Positions 15,916 through 28,939 of a stretch of 64,000 bases of DNA are shown piece by piece; within the stretch, counting starts at the first letter, position 1; every line of letters begins with the position of its first letter. A model generated the notes under the pieces. That model was not told where the DNA came from. It ran no database searches and saw nothing but the letters and a program-made list of their open reading frames with translations. The position numbers were made by a program, and so were the translations under genes. This DNA is from Eledone cirrhosa (Eukaryota): the NCBI GenBank assembly GCA_964016885.1, contig OZ024741.1:371690001-371754000 (forward strand), in the 5' to 3' direction.

Positions 15916-15952
15916 CCTTTACCGGTTTCGCAGTTCTTCTGCTTTTCAAAAG
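15916..15952 (-). ncRNA. Degenerate minimal hammerhead
   Basis: CUU-UUGAAAA-GCAG(AAGAA)CUGC-GAAAC-CG-GUA-AAG. The core deviates from CUGANGA at two positions, while stems II and III are intact. Confidence 0.4.
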
Positions 15953-16000
15953 TAGAGTTGAGATGGAGGGTCTGTGGGTTTTCTCACATCTGTGTGTATG

Positions 16001-16403
16001 TGACCCCTTAGCCTTTGTCAAGGCAGAATTCTAGGAGAAGGAAAACTCTGATATAACACCTGCAACCCTGATGGTATCCAATGATGTTGACTTGTTCTTC
16101 TTTTTGGTAAATATTATCTTGGTTAAGAGAGTGGGACTGGCTTTGTGCAGTGCCTTTGCTCACTATAAAAGCTTCACAGCACAGGCATTGCTTTATATCT
16201 GGAGATCTCTCTGCACTTGTCGTCACATGGTACCATGGGCCCAGCACTATGTGTCAATAATTGTCACAGGTGTAGTGTTTGTACCAGAGTTTTCAAGTCG
16301 CTGGCTGGACTAAAAAGTCACACTCGTTCAGCGCATCGGTAGGGGTTCTCCTACATGGATATAAAGTAATGGCCGTACTCGAAAACGAGTTGGCAGCCAC
16401 CAT
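16001..16403 (+). mobile_element. 5'-truncated family A element
   Basis: Reverse-complement match to 11787-12190; this copy ends in (TA)n. Confidence 0.8.
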
Positions 16404-16446
16404 ATATATATATACACACACACACACCACACATATATATATATAT

Positions 16447-16495
<49 letters not shown>

Positions 16496-16999
16496 CATTT
16501 TTATTTGATACAAAAATGACTTCTACAGGTCTAGAACTGTTTCATTCATTTGAAGTCACTGGTACTTTTGATCTTACTAACATCTCTATTATCTTGTCTA
16601 ACTGTGTGTTTGTGTGTATGTATGCCTGTCTGTGTTTGTGTTTGTGTGAATGTCTGTCTGTCTGTATATGTCTGTGTGTGTTTGAGTGTATGCAAGTGTG
16701 TTTGTGTGCTTCAGTTCGTTTAGATCTGTTCTTGTGCTGCATATAGTACTAGAATCTAGAATATCGTCTGTGACCCAGCGGGGCTTGTTGTGCCGTTGCT
16801 ACCCGCTGTACATTGAAGAAAGCCCGAGCAGAAACAACAGTAAAGGTGCCTTCCAGCTTCTATAAAACTTGTTGAAACCACAGCAGCCGAAAGTCAGCAG
16901 TTTATAAGTCTGACAAGTGAAATACCTCACGTAGAGTGAACTGAAAACTGCTTTAACTTTACAACTACCGGAGTCATTATGACCCTAGTCTGCTTGTAT

Positions 17000-17370
17000 G
17001 TCTGTAAGTAATAAACGAGGACGATTTTCGTATTCTAAAGAAAGAAGTCGACGTATCCATAAGAACACTAAAAATAAAGGCAAAGCTCCGGAAATAGGTA
17101 GCATCGCAGGAGATTTGATTCAACATGGTTGTAGACATCCTTACCCGCACCTACAACAAAATCTGGTTGACAGAACATCGGTCAACCCTCTAAAAGTAGT
17201 CACTAACCATCACATCAATCTTCCCACAAAAGGCAATCTTGAACTCTGCTCAAACTATCTTATGATAAGTTTCACAAGTCATGCCAGTAAAGTTATGATT
17301 AAAGTAATTCTGAAACGAATGAGTCCACAAGCGGAAGAAATCGCGGAGGAACAAGTTGTATCTCGCAAGA
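17000..17370 (+). pseudogene. RTE/BovB-type reverse transcriptase N-terminal fragment
   Basis: KGKAPEIGSIAGDLI..LPTKGNLELCSNYLMISFTSHASKVMIKVILKRM..AEEQ, a degenerate KKG..C.NYRTISL.SHASK..AEEQ motif; followed by (GAA)n at 17385-17490. Confidence 0.8.
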
Positions 17371-17897
17371 GGAAGTGGAGGGGAGAAGAAGAAGAAGAAG
17401 AAGAAGAAGAAGAAGAAGAAGAAGAAGAAGAAGAAGAAGAAGGGGGAGGAGGAGGTGAAGAAGAAGAAGAAGAAGAAGAAGAAGAAGAAGAAGGGAGGGG
17501 GAAAAGAGAGAATAAGAGATAGTCAGCTGCCACCCGACAAGCAAGCTAACAAAGAGGGAAATACAGAGAGGGATGGTTGAGAATGATTGGGGGAGAGGAG
17601 CAAGCGTGTGTAAGAATGAAGAGGTAGAATGAGGAAAGGGTGGGAGGTGTACCAAAGAGAGATGTTATGGGATAAAATAACAGAAGATATACAGAATAAG
17701 GGAATGATTGATGAAATAAAGTCTGTTGTAAGTCAACGACTCATCAAGCCGACACTTATTCTCGATTTCATTGCCGTTAAGCGATATATACATACATATA
17801 TACATGATGGCTGCCCCCTCGTTATCGAGTATGGCCATTGCACGAGGAGAAAAAAAAAATATTAATAAATAAATAAAAAATAAAAGAAAAAAAAGAA

Positions 17898-17931
<34 letters not shown>

Positions 17932-18007
17932 ATATATACACACATACATATATACACACATATATATATACATACACACATATACATAAATAACAATAAT
18001 AATAACA

Positions 18008-18193
18008 ATAATTGTTTCTACTTTAGGCACAAGGCCAGCAATTACCCAGTACATTACTGGTACTTTATTTTATCGACCCCGTAAGGATGAAAGGCAAAGT
18101 CAACCTCGGCGGGATTTGAACTCAGATCGTAAAGGGACGTAACTATGTTGTAAAGCATGGCGTCCGACCCTCTACCGATACTGCCAATCCACC
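18008..18193 (-). mobile_element. Full-length SINE S1
   Basis: A-box TGGCAGTATCGG, B-box GAGTTCAAATCCC, GCCTTTCATCCTTACGGGGTCGATAAA core (resembles the MetaSINE core as I recall it, unverified), AATTATT tail. Confidence 0.9.
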
Positions 18194-18311
18194 GCAATAA
18201 TAATAACAACAATAATAATAACGACAACAACAACAATAATAATATACATATACATATATATATACACACACACACATAAACATATCTATACACACACACA
18301 CACGATAGCAA

Positions 18312-19086
18312 CTAACAGCGCTGCGATCGAATGTGGCTTTTTAGCCCAGCCAATGATATAAAATGTCTTGCACAGAGTCGGCAACCAAAACATTCACTAG
18401 GAATAGCCGACTGTGGTTGGAGTTCATGTACTTTTGCATGTCGCTTGAGCCCTCCTGCTGATTTACATTCTCTACCACATGTTTGGCAAGCATGATGAGT
18501 AGCATCTCCAACAGCAGCCTGGTAGTCAACCACTGGTCTTACTTTATGACTGCGAAGATGACTTTCGACTCCAGCTTTGCTTAGGCAGAGTCTCGCACAG
18601 ACGCTGCATGTCAGCACCATAGGAGGACCCTCGCCGTCTGGAAGTGCAACAGCAATGCCCTTCCTCACATCCCGCTCTACTTTCTCGTATGCGATTCGAG
18701 ATGCCTCAAAGGCAACATTTCCCTCATATACAGTCTTTCTCCATTTATTACGATCAGCAGCAATATTCTCCCATGTATCAGCAGAGATGTTAGCGTCTTT
18801 CAAAGAGGCTTTCAATGAATCCTTATACCTCTTTTTTGGTTTATGTGGCGGTCGTTTTCCTTTAACCAACGCTCCATAAAAGAGTTGTTTTGGTATTCTA
18901 GAATCCTTCATCCTGGCAAGGTGACCACTCCAACGGAGTCGTTGCTTAAGCACAAGAGCTTCTATACTGTCATACATAGAGCTTTCCAAAATCTCGGCAT
19001 CACTGATGTGGTCCCTCCAGTGAACGCCATGGATCCGTCTGAGACACATCTGATGGAAACGCTCCAATTGCTTAAGGTGGTGTCTC
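18312..19086 (-). pseudogene. 5'-truncated RTE-clade LINE: RT C-terminus plus three C2H2-like zinc fingers (open frame)
   Basis: LERFHQMCLRRI..WRD..LRWSGHLARMKDSRIPKQLFYG..GKRP...KKRYKD.LK..WE..A.DR.KWR, then CSVC..H..H, CQTC..H..H and CRLC..H. The ORF's N-terminal YVCM run is microsatellite. Confidence 0.9.
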
Positions 19087-19156
19087 ACATACATACATAC
19101 ATACATACATACATACATACATACATACATACATACATACATACATACATACATAC

Positions 19157-19763
19157 ATGGTGGCTGCCAACTCGTTTTCGAGTACGGCGACTACTTTATA
19201 TCCATGTCGGAGAACCCCTACCAATGCGCTGAACGAGTGTGACTTTTTAGTCCAGCCAGCGACTTGAAAACTCTGGTACAAACACTAGACTTGTGACAAT
19301 TATTGACACATAGTGCTGGGCCCATGGTACCATGTGACAAGTGCAGAGAGATCTCCAGATATAAAGCAATGCCTGTGCCGTGAAGCTTTTATAATGAGCA
19401 AAGGCACTGCACAAAGCCAGTCCCACTCTCTTAACCAAGATGATATTTACCAAAAAGAAGAACAAGTCAACATCATTGGATACCATCGGGGTTGCAGGTA
19501 TTATATCAGAGTTTTCCTTCTCCTAGAATTCTGCCTTGACAAAGGCTAAGGGGTCATCTCTCCCGGTGATTTTGGATGGCCATTGACTCTTAAGAGCTCC
19601 TTTGCCCTTTGACAGGTTTTGTTTTTAGTCCTGCAGGATGTCCAAAGTCACCCTCCTCACCAAGAAATCTTGGTGGGGTTGCCAGTTTAGTCGCCAACGA
19701 CCCGACCATGAGACAGGTTGTACTGGGATACATGTTACCAGTAGCACCAACTGGTGACCTGAC
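19157..19763 (-). mobile_element. Family A non-autonomous RTE derivative
   Basis: Full-length match to 11787-12396; further copies at 21573-22171 and 23965-24563. Confidence 0.8.
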
Positions 19764-19867
19764 ATACAGGTCAATGTAAATATGTATACATACATACATA
19801 TTTACATACACAGACATACATATATATACATATATGATGATGGCTGCCCCCTCGTTATCGAGTATGC

Positions 19868-20228
19868 CCAGGTTGACTTTGCCTTTCATCCTTACGGGGT
19901 CGATAAAATAAAGTACCAGTAATGCACTGCGTAATTGCTGGCCTTGTGCCTAAAGAAGAAACAATTATTAATAATTGCTTCTACTTTTAGGCACAAAGCC
20001 AGCAAATACCCAGTGCATTACTGGTACTTTATTTTATCGACCCCGTAAGGATGAAAGGCAAAGTCAACCTCGGCGGGATTTGAACTCAGATCGTAAAGGG
20101 ACGTAACTATGCTGGAAAGCATGCCGTCCGACCCTCTACCGATACTGCCAATCCACCAGAAATAATAATAAAGTACCAGTAATGTACTGGGTAATTGCTG
20201 GCCTTGTGCCAATAGTAGAAACAATTAT
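19868..20228. mobile_element. SINE S1 cluster: + fragment (19868-19968), full minus copy (19971-20155), + tail fragment
   Basis: Direct sequence match to S1; duplicated at 22276-22636. Confidence 0.85.
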
Positions 20229-20249
20229 TAATAATGATTAATTAATTCT

Positions 20250-20756
20250 ATCGTGCAATGCCTGTGCGTGAAGATATTTTTTAAAGTGAGGAAAGACTGT
20301 GCACTGAGCCAATCCCACTCTCTGAGCGACAGTAGCTATAATCCGGAAGGAAGAAAAGATCAACATCATCGGTAACTACTGAGCCGCAGGTTTTATATCG
20401 GAGTTATCCCAGTCTCCTGAGTTACCTTCTCCTAGAAGAATGCCCTGACAAAGGCTAGGGGTCCTTCACTCCCACTGGTTTAACCGCGTGATCGGGTGTC
20501 CAGCCCGACTATTTCTATGTCCCCGCGCATATACATACATATGCACATGTGTATATACATATTTATACACTTTTGGATGGCCATTGACTCTTATGAGTTC
20601 TTCCGCCCTTTGTCAGGTTTTGTTTTTTGTCCTGCAGGGTGTCCCAAATCACCCTCCTCACCTTGGTGGGGCTGCCGGTTTAGTCGCCGACGACCCGATC
20701 ATGCGACAGGTTCTACTGGGTTACATGTTACCAGAATCACCCAAGAGTGACCCGAC
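20250..20756 (-). mobile_element. RTE 5'UTR variant B (3'-truncated)
   Basis: Diverged homologue of the family A 5' part with a ~90-bp internal insertion; copy at 22658-23164. Confidence 0.7.
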
Positions 20757-20793
20757 ATATATACATGTATATATACATATATACATACATACA

Positions 20794-21451
20794 TGATGGC
20801 TGCAAACTCTGCCAAGAGTTTTACAATCGCTTGTCAGATTCGGATGTGGGACGCTCGGATATGGCTTTTCAAGCCTGCTAGAGACTTGCACTTCTTCACA
20901 CACTGACAACAACTATGGATCTCCCTGGCTTGAGGTCCCGCATCAGGTTGCCCTTGAACCCTCACAACACCGTGGAGATCATAGTTCACTGGTTCTCTTT
21001 GAACATGGCTGTGACTGTGGCTCCTGAGACCAGATTTGCTCAAGCAAATTTTTCCACACTCAGGGCACTTCAATTCAATGGAGACACCGATCGTTTCGAA
21101 AGATACACCAGGGCATTGCTTACGCACATCCCTTTTTGATCTTCTCATAGTCTATGCACCTGTCCTCAAAATTATGGACCCCATCATTAACCATTCCACG
21201 CCAAGGTTCTCTTTCAAGAGCTTCTATCTCCCAGTCAGCCATCATCAAACCAGTTTTTTTCAATGAGTCCTATACACAATCCTTGAATCGGAGCTTTGGA
21301 TTGTGAGGTTGTCTCTTACCCTCACAAAGCGCGCCATACAAGAGTTATTTTGGGATTCGATCATCCTCCATTCTGCAGAGGTACCCGGTCCATCGCAAAC
21401 GCCGTTGGTGGATGATACTCTCAATGCTCCGACACTCACTTCTCTCAAGGA
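20794..21451 (-). pseudogene. 5'-truncated RTE LINE 3' end with C2H2 fingers, flanked by (CATA)n
   Basis: VLERS..SIESII.QRRLRWTGYLCRMEDDRIPK*, CPECGKICLSKSGLRSH..H, CQCVKKCKSLAGLKSHIRASH; copy at 23202-23859. Confidence 0.85.
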
Positions 21452-24400
21452 CATACATACATACATACATACATACATACATACATACATACATACATAC
21501 ATACATACATACATACATACATAGATACATACATACATACATACATACATACATACATACATACATACATACATGGTGGCTGCCAACTCGTTTTCGAGTA
21601 CGGCGACTACTTTATATCCATGTCGGAGAACCCCTACCAATGCGCTGAACGAGTGTGACTTTTTAGTCCAGCCAGCGACTTGAAAACTCTGGTACAAACA
21701 CTAGACTTGTGACAATTATTGTGCTGGGCCCATGGTACCATGTGACAAGTGCAGAGAGATCTCCAGATATAAAGCAATGCCTGTGCCGTGAAGCTTTTAT
21801 AGTGAGCAAAGGCACTGCACAAAGCCAGTCCCACTCTCTTAACCAAGATGATATTTACCAAAAAGAAGAACAAGTCAACATCATTGGATACCATCAGGGT
21901 TGCAGGTGTTATATCAGAGTTTTCCTTCTCCTAGAATTCTGCCTTGACAAAGGCTAAGGGGTCATCTCTCCCGGTGATTTTGGATGGCCATTGACTCTTA
22001 AGAGCTCCTTTGCCCTTTGACAGGTTTTGTTTTTAGTCCTGCAGGATGTCCAAAGTCACCCTCCTCACCAAGAAATCTTGGTGGGGTTGCCAGTTTAGTC
22101 GCCAACGACCCGACCATGAGACAGGTTGTACTGGGATACATGTTACCAGTAGCACCAACTGGTGACCTGACATACAGGTCAATGTAAATATGTATACATA
22201 CATACATATTTACATACACAGACATACATATATATACATATATGATGATGGCTGCCCCCTCGTTATCGAGTATGCCCAGGTTGACTTTGCCTTTCATCCT
22301 TACGGGGTCGATAAAATAAAGTACCAGTAATGCACTGCGTAATTGCTGGCCTTGTGCCTAAAGAAGAAACAATTATTAATAATTGCTTCTACTTTTAGGC
22401 ACAAAGCCAGCAAATACCCAGTGCATTACTGGTACTTTATTTTATCGACCCCGTAAGGATGAAAGGCAAAGTCAACCTCGGCGGGATTTGAACTCAGATC
22501 GTAAAGGGACGTAACTATGCTGGAAAGCATGCCGTCCGACCCTCTACCGATACTGCCAATCCACCAGAAATAATAATAAAGTACCAGTAATGTACTGGGT
22601 AATTGCTGGCCTTGTGCCAATAGTAGAAACAATTATTAATAATGATTAATTAATTCTATCGTGCAATGCCTGTGCGTGAAGATATTTTTTAAAGTGAGGA
22701 AAGACTGTGCACTGAGCCAATCCCACTCTCTGAGCGACAGTAGCTATAATCCGGAAGGAAGAAAAGATCAACATCATCGGTAACTACTGAGCCGCAGGTT
22801 TTATATCGGAGTTATCCCAGTCTCCTGAGTTACCTTCTCCTAGAAGAATGCCCTGACAAAGGCTAGGGGTCCTTCACTCCCACTGGTTTAACCGCGTGAT
22901 CGGGTGTCCAGCCCGACTATTTCTATGTCCCCGCGCATATACATACATATGCACATGTGTATATACATATTTATACACTTTTGGATGGCCATTGACTCTT
23001 ATGAGTTCTTCCGCCCTTTGTCAGGTTTTGTTTTTTGTCCTGCAGGGTGTCCCAAATCACCCTCCTCACCTTGGTGGGGCTGCCGGTTTAGTCGCCGACG
23101 ACCCGATCATGCGACAGGTTCTACTGGGTTACATGTTACCAGAATCACCCAAGAGTGACCCGACATATATACATGTATATATACATATATACATACATAC
23201 ATGATGGCTGCAAACTCTGCCAAGAGTTTTACAATCGCTTGTCAGATTCGGATGTGGGACGCTCGGATATGGCTTTTCAAGCCTGCTAGAGACTTGCACT
23301 TCTTCACACACTGACAACAACTATGGATCTCCCTGGCTTGAGGTCCCGCATCAGGTTGCCCTTGAACCCTCACAACACCGTGGAGATCATAGTTCACTGG
23401 TTCTCTTTGAACATGGCTGTGACTGTGGCTCCTGAGACCAGATTTGCTCAAGCAAATTTTTCCACACTCAGGGCACTTCAATTCAATGGAGACACCGATC
23501 GTTTCGAAAGATACACCAGGGCATTGCTTACGCACATCCCTTTTTGATCTTCTCATAGTCTATGCACCTGTCCTCAAAATTATGGACCCCATCATTAACC
23601 ATTCCACGCCAAGGTTCTCTTTCAAGAGCTTCTATCTCCCAGTCAGCCATCATCAAACCAGTTTTTTTCAATGAGTCCTATACACAATCCTTGAATCGGA
23701 GCTTTGGATTGTGAGGTTGTCTCTTACCCTCACAAAGCGCGCCATACAAGAGTTATTTTGGGATTCGATCATCCTCCATTCTGCAGAGGTACCCGGTCCA
23801 TCGCAAACGCCGTTGGTGGATGATACTCTCAATGCTCCGACACTCACTTCTCTCAAGGACATACATACATACATACATACATACATACATACATACATAC
23901 ATACATACATACATACATACATAGATACATACATACATACATACATACATACATACATACATACATGGTGGCTGCCAACTCGTTTTCGAGTACGGCGACT
24001 ACTTTATATCCATGTCGGAGAACCCCTACCAATGCGCTGAACGAGTGTGACTTTTTAGTCCAGCCAGCGACTTGAAAACTCTGGTACAAACACTAGACTT
24101 GTGACAATTATTGTGCTGGGCCCATGGTACCATGTGACAAGTGCAGAGAGATCTCCAGATATAAAGCAATGCCTGTGCCGTGAAGCTTTTATAGTGAGCA
24201 AAGGCACTGCACAAAGCCAGTCCCACTCTCTTAACCAAGATGATATTTACCAAAAAGAAGAACAAGTCAACATCATTGGATACCATCAGGGTTGCAGGTG
24301 TTATATCAGAGTTTTCCTTCTCCTAGAATTCTGCCTTGACAAAGGCTAAGGGGTCATCTCTCCCGGTGATTTTGGATGGCCATTGACTCTTAAGAGCTCC

Positions 24401-25066
24401 TTTGCCCTTTGACAGGTTTTGTTTTTAGTCCTGCAGGATGTCCAAAGTCACCCTCCTCACCAAGAAACCTTGGTGGGGTTGCCAGTTTAGTCGCCAACGA
24501 CCCGACCATGAGACAGGTTGTACTGGGATACATGTTACCAGTAGCACCAACTGGTGACCTGACATACAGGTCAATGTAAATATACATACATACATACATA
24601 CATACATACATACATACATACATACATACATACATACATACACAAGTACAATCCATTAATGGAACAGTAAACATATGTAAAACATTCCAAAAATTTTGCA
24701 TCTAATAACTGTATATACACATGTACAGATACAAAGCATATACACATGCACACATACAACTCAAAACATATACATCCACACATACAATAACATCCATATC
24801 TACACATGCATGCATGCAGACATGCATACATATCTACTTAGTTGATGTTATGTAAATTCCAATGAGAGAGTCTTGTGTCTATGTTAGAAACCCACTCTCT
24901 CTCTATTGGTAAAAATTTGTGAAATTATAAAACCAGAAGAACATACATACAGGTAGTGGTAGTGGTAGTGATGCGTGCTAATGCCAGTTGGTCAGTTGCA
25001 AGTTTATAGTTGATTATTTTTTTTCTATTTTTCTTCTTTTTCGACACACACACACACTACAAACTG

Positions 25067-26450
25067 TCAAAGTCCATCCCAATGGCAGAAGAACCCTGGA
25101 GTCGTGTCTTTCGTTTGTATTTTTATTTTTCAAAAATAATTTCTTACGGTTTCCGCCTTTAAAAATTTTTTTTGGTTTGCTTCGTTTTCGTTCATTGTCT
25201 TGTCTTCTTTTTGTTAATTTTCTTAAGTTCACCATTAATAGTCTGTGACGAACATGTTATCTCTTCTCCCTCCATTAATTTCAATGGCTTACATTTTTTA
25301 AAACGATATCTTACTTTCTTCTTCTTGCCTTTTTTAATTCCTTTCTTTTTCTTCCCTTTTTCCTTTGTTTCATTCCTAAGACTCTCGCTATAAGATTTAC
25401 CACACCTTTTCCCTGACATCACATAAAATTCTATGTGTACTTGTTATGGTTTAATGGCTATAAATTAATGTTTTGTCTCTCGTCTCTTACTCCATTGGAC
25501 AGAGTTTAGGCTTGTGTCAGACGCTGTGACCCCGAGTGGACCAACATATATATATATATATATATATATATCAGGGATTGGAGGCGGTAAAAACCTGTTA
25601 GACATTATTCAGCAGAGTACTCGATACTCGGAGTACTAGAGTGGGTAATATGAAAAAATTCGGATCTAGCTGTTGAAACGGCCGGTACTCAGCCGTCGGG
25701 TTCCTGAATATTTTCATATATATATATACATTATTCCTCGGACAATGTTTTGGCTTGTTTGTCAGTCTGTGACTCCGGTTGGACCAGTTGTTCCGTTGTT
25801 TGGGGTTGGAACTGCCAAAGTCCATCTCAACGGCTGAAGACCTTGGAGTTGTGTGTTTGTTGTTTGTCTTTTTATCTAAAAAAAAAAGTTTTTAAAATTT
25901 CCTCGCAAAAGTTTTTTTATCGTTCTACCTTGTTTCCGTTCGTTGTTTTCTCTTTGTTAATTATCCTAATTTTATTATTATTAATCTGCGACGAACGTGT
26001 TCTTTATCCCCCCCCCCCAATCATTTTAATAGATTACATATTTAACACGATATCTTACTTTCTTCTTTGTGCCTTTTTTCTTTTTTTTTTAACACCTTTT
26101 TTCAGTCTAGCGAGACTATCGTTGCTATAAAAATCACAATACCTTCTCCGAGTAGTCACATAAAACTCTGTGTACGTGTTATGGCTTAATTACTGTGAGT
26201 TATAGCGTTGTCTTGTCTTTTACTCTACGGACAGTGCTTTAGCTTGTATCAGGCGCTGTGACCCCGAGTGGGCCAGCAGTGCCATTGGTAGAGGTCGAAA
26301 CTGGCAGAGATAATCTGAATGGACGAAAACCTCGAAGTTCTGTATTTTTGGGGGTGGAGAAAAGGTTTTTTTAAAGATTTCCCCTTTAAGATTCCTTTTC
26401 ATTCTGCGTTGATCTCGTTCGTTGTCTTCTCTTTCTTAATTATTCTAATT
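25067..26450 (+). repeat. Unclassified ~480-bp repeat, two diverged direct copies plus a partial third
   Basis: CAAAGTCCATC...TCTG.GACGAAC.TGTT...CACATAAAA.TCT.TGTAC...CGCTGTGACCCCGAGTGG at ~25067-25545 and ~25813-26275; partial at ~26360-26450. Confidence 0.6.
25575..25720. mobile_element. H3-family micro fold-back remnant
   Basis: GAAACGGCCGGTACTCAGCCGTCGGG..TTTTCATAT with an inverted tail copy (AGAGTACTC..AGAGTGGGTAATATGAAAA) on the left; (TA)n flanks. Confidence 0.5.
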
Positions 26451-26470
26451 TATATATATATATCCTAATT

Positions 26471-26527
<57 letters not shown>

Positions 26528-26530
<3 letters not shown>

Positions 26531-26947
26531 AACAAAAGATGGTTAAAAGAGTTCCATGTATTTTATTATGCGCATTTCAAAAACAATATCATCATGCAAT
26601 AATATTTGTGTTTTCATCAAATAAAACAGGAAGACATGATATGAAGGTTAAAAAACACTTGTGGATAGTTCAGTTTTAAATCAACATATGATATGTTGAT
26701 TTAAAACTGCACTATCCACAAGTGTTTTTTAACCTTCATATCATGTCTTCCTGTTTTATCTGATGAAAACACAAATATTATTGCATGATGATATTGTTTT
26801 TGAAATGCGCATAATAAAATACATGGAACTCTTTTAACCATCTTTTGTTCTTATATATTATGTATACTCCAGTCCTAAAAACTCTAGAGTGCTTCTTATC
26901 CGATATCTGCATTGCTTTATTGTACTACAATAAAACTCACCTCCTAC

Positions 26948-26950
<3 letters not shown>
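26528..26950. mobile_element. Fold-back PLE remnant in (TA)n
   Basis: Arms 26528-26689 / 26691-26852 (1-nt spacer, 2 mismatches seen), then a ~95-nt tail ending CTCCTACATT(AT)n. Confidence 0.75.
26753..26820 (+). ncRNA. Type I hammerhead ribozyme
   Basis: GUUUUAU-CUGAUGA-long AU-rich stem II-GAAAU-GCGC-AUA-AUAAAAU with palindromic stem III AUGCGCAU. The inverted-arm copy (26560-26627) has a C-to-T change in the core. Confidence 0.8.
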
Positions 26951-27028
<78 letters not shown>

Positions 27029-27557
27029 TAGTTTTGCGAGGTTTTTTATATGAAATCGTGTGTCGAAACAAATATTGTTATACTTGGGGAGGGTCATATT
27101 TGTGTAATATTGCCAGAATTAATAACAGAACACACTCACTGTTTGGTTGGTTTTCGCTTCTCGCTGTCTTTTATATCGGTAATCTAACTTACTCGGTCCT
27201 CAATGTTGCCATTGACTGACCGACGGTCAAAAATAATACAGATACAATATAGACACAAACACATATATATAGTTTATCATAAATCTTTCGTTGCATATCT
27301 GCAACATTGTTAGTGGTGTTATATTTTCCTCCTGTTGTGTTGTATGTCTACGCCATTTTTTATTCAGTCTGTCTATATATTTATTTATTTATTTGCTTGT
27401 TTGTTTATTTTATTTTGTCTTCTTTGCGCATGCGTTTGCGTGTGTGTATAGTGTTATATTTGCTGTGTGATGGGTGACTAGTGTGTGTTTATGTGCTTGT
27501 TGTTATTGTGCTTGTGTATGTATTTATTTATTTATTTATCTTATTTTATTTACTTAT

Positions 27558-28526
27558 TTATACTTCTCTTAGGTCAGTGTTGTTTGTTTGGGTGTTGTTG
27601 TTATTCCATTCATTCTTTCTGTTTAGCTTTGGTCTTCTAATTTCTATTTCACTGGCCCCTCTGATTTGCCTATCTGCTGGGTCATTTCTATGTTTAGATA
27701 TTATTCTAATTTCTATGTTGTCTATGTTACCGTCATGTTGTTGTCTAGCATGTTCGTATAGTACTGACCCGTTTTTTCGTCCTTTTAGTTCCTCCCAGTG
27801 TTGGTCTATCATTTCACCTATGCTACAAGCTGTCTCACCTATGTATGTTGTTGTCATGTTTCTGCAAGTACCCTCTGTACATCTTATGCTATAGACTACG
27901 TTTCTAGTTTTACAGTTTATCCGGGGTTTCACCTTACATATGATACATTTCCTATTGGTACAGTGGGTTTTCTTAAAAGGGTAGGTTTTGCTGATCAGGG
28001 ATTTTATGGTGGTTCCTGGCTTTTCTACCACCTTTATTTTTAAGTGGGTCTTTCTCAGGGCCTTTCTACACTGGTTAGCTAATTTCCCTCCAGGGGTGGC
28101 GTCCACAAACATGACACTTTGGTATCTCTGGTTGTCGTACCATGATGTGGCTTTCCCTATCTTATGTCTAGCCCTATCTAAGCTATTCCATGATTTGCTC
28201 CTGTATAATGGGCAAATTCCTTTCATGTCCAGTTCTATGAGGGTCTTATACTTTTCCATGGCTCCTTCGTATACTCTGACTCTGTCTCTTTGGTTGTAGC
28301 CAGAGAACTGCATGCGGTTGATGAAGTGTTGGATGTGTCTTTCCATTTCTGTTGGGTCACACATGCGGGACACATTCTTCATCACTCGTACCAAATCTGC
28401 GATCAGAATATTAAACTTAGCACTACTGGACATTGCTGAGTTTTTGAGTATCAGGTATTTGGAGGCCATGGGTTTAGCATAGTGTGAGTGGAGAATTTGG
28501 GCTCTCTCGTCTATAGTGTTAATCCA
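27558..28526 (-). pseudogene. PLE RT thumb, Cys-rich linker and GIY-YIG endonuclease
   Basis: HYAKPM..SGY..FVDATPGG.L..VVEKPG..C-x4-C-x2-C..NVVYSIRC..C..YIGET..H..H. The Arg and Glu seen in the sister copy (GERI, QITEA) are changed (GEMI, QIRGA). The N-terminal ~20 aa of the tracked ORF come from the inverted arm. Confidence 0.9.
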
Positions 28527-28939
28527 GGTAACATAGACAACATAGAAATTAGAATAATATCTAAACATAGAAATGACCCAGCAGATAGGCAAATCAGAGA
28601 GGCCAGTGAAATAGAAATTAGAAGACCAAAGCTAAACAGAAAGAATGAATGGAATAACAACAACACCCAAACAAACAACACTGACCTAAGAGAAGTATAA
28701 ATAAGTAAATAAAATAAGATAAATAAATAAATAAATACATACACAAGCACAATAACAACAAGCACATAAACACACACTAGTCACCCATCACACAGCAAAC
28801 ATAACACTATACACACACGCAAACGCATGCGCAAAGAAGACAAAATAAAATAAACAAACAAGCAAATAAATAAATAAATATATAGACAGACTGAATAAAA
28901 AATGGCGTAGACATACAACACAACAGGAGGAAAATATAA

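Larger units (their letters stand above)
19087..24590 (+). repeat. Tandem segmental duplication, ~2.4-kb unit, ~2.3 units
   Basis: Identical ORFs at a 2408-bp offset (e.g. 20834/23242, 19590/21998); third family A copy at 23965-24563. Confidence 0.95.

Noticed and set aside
18312-18620. Host C2H2 zinc-finger gene exons (a family expanded in cephalopods)
   Set aside because: The fingers are in frame with an RTE RT C-terminus and lack TGEKP linkers, so they are LINE-derived.
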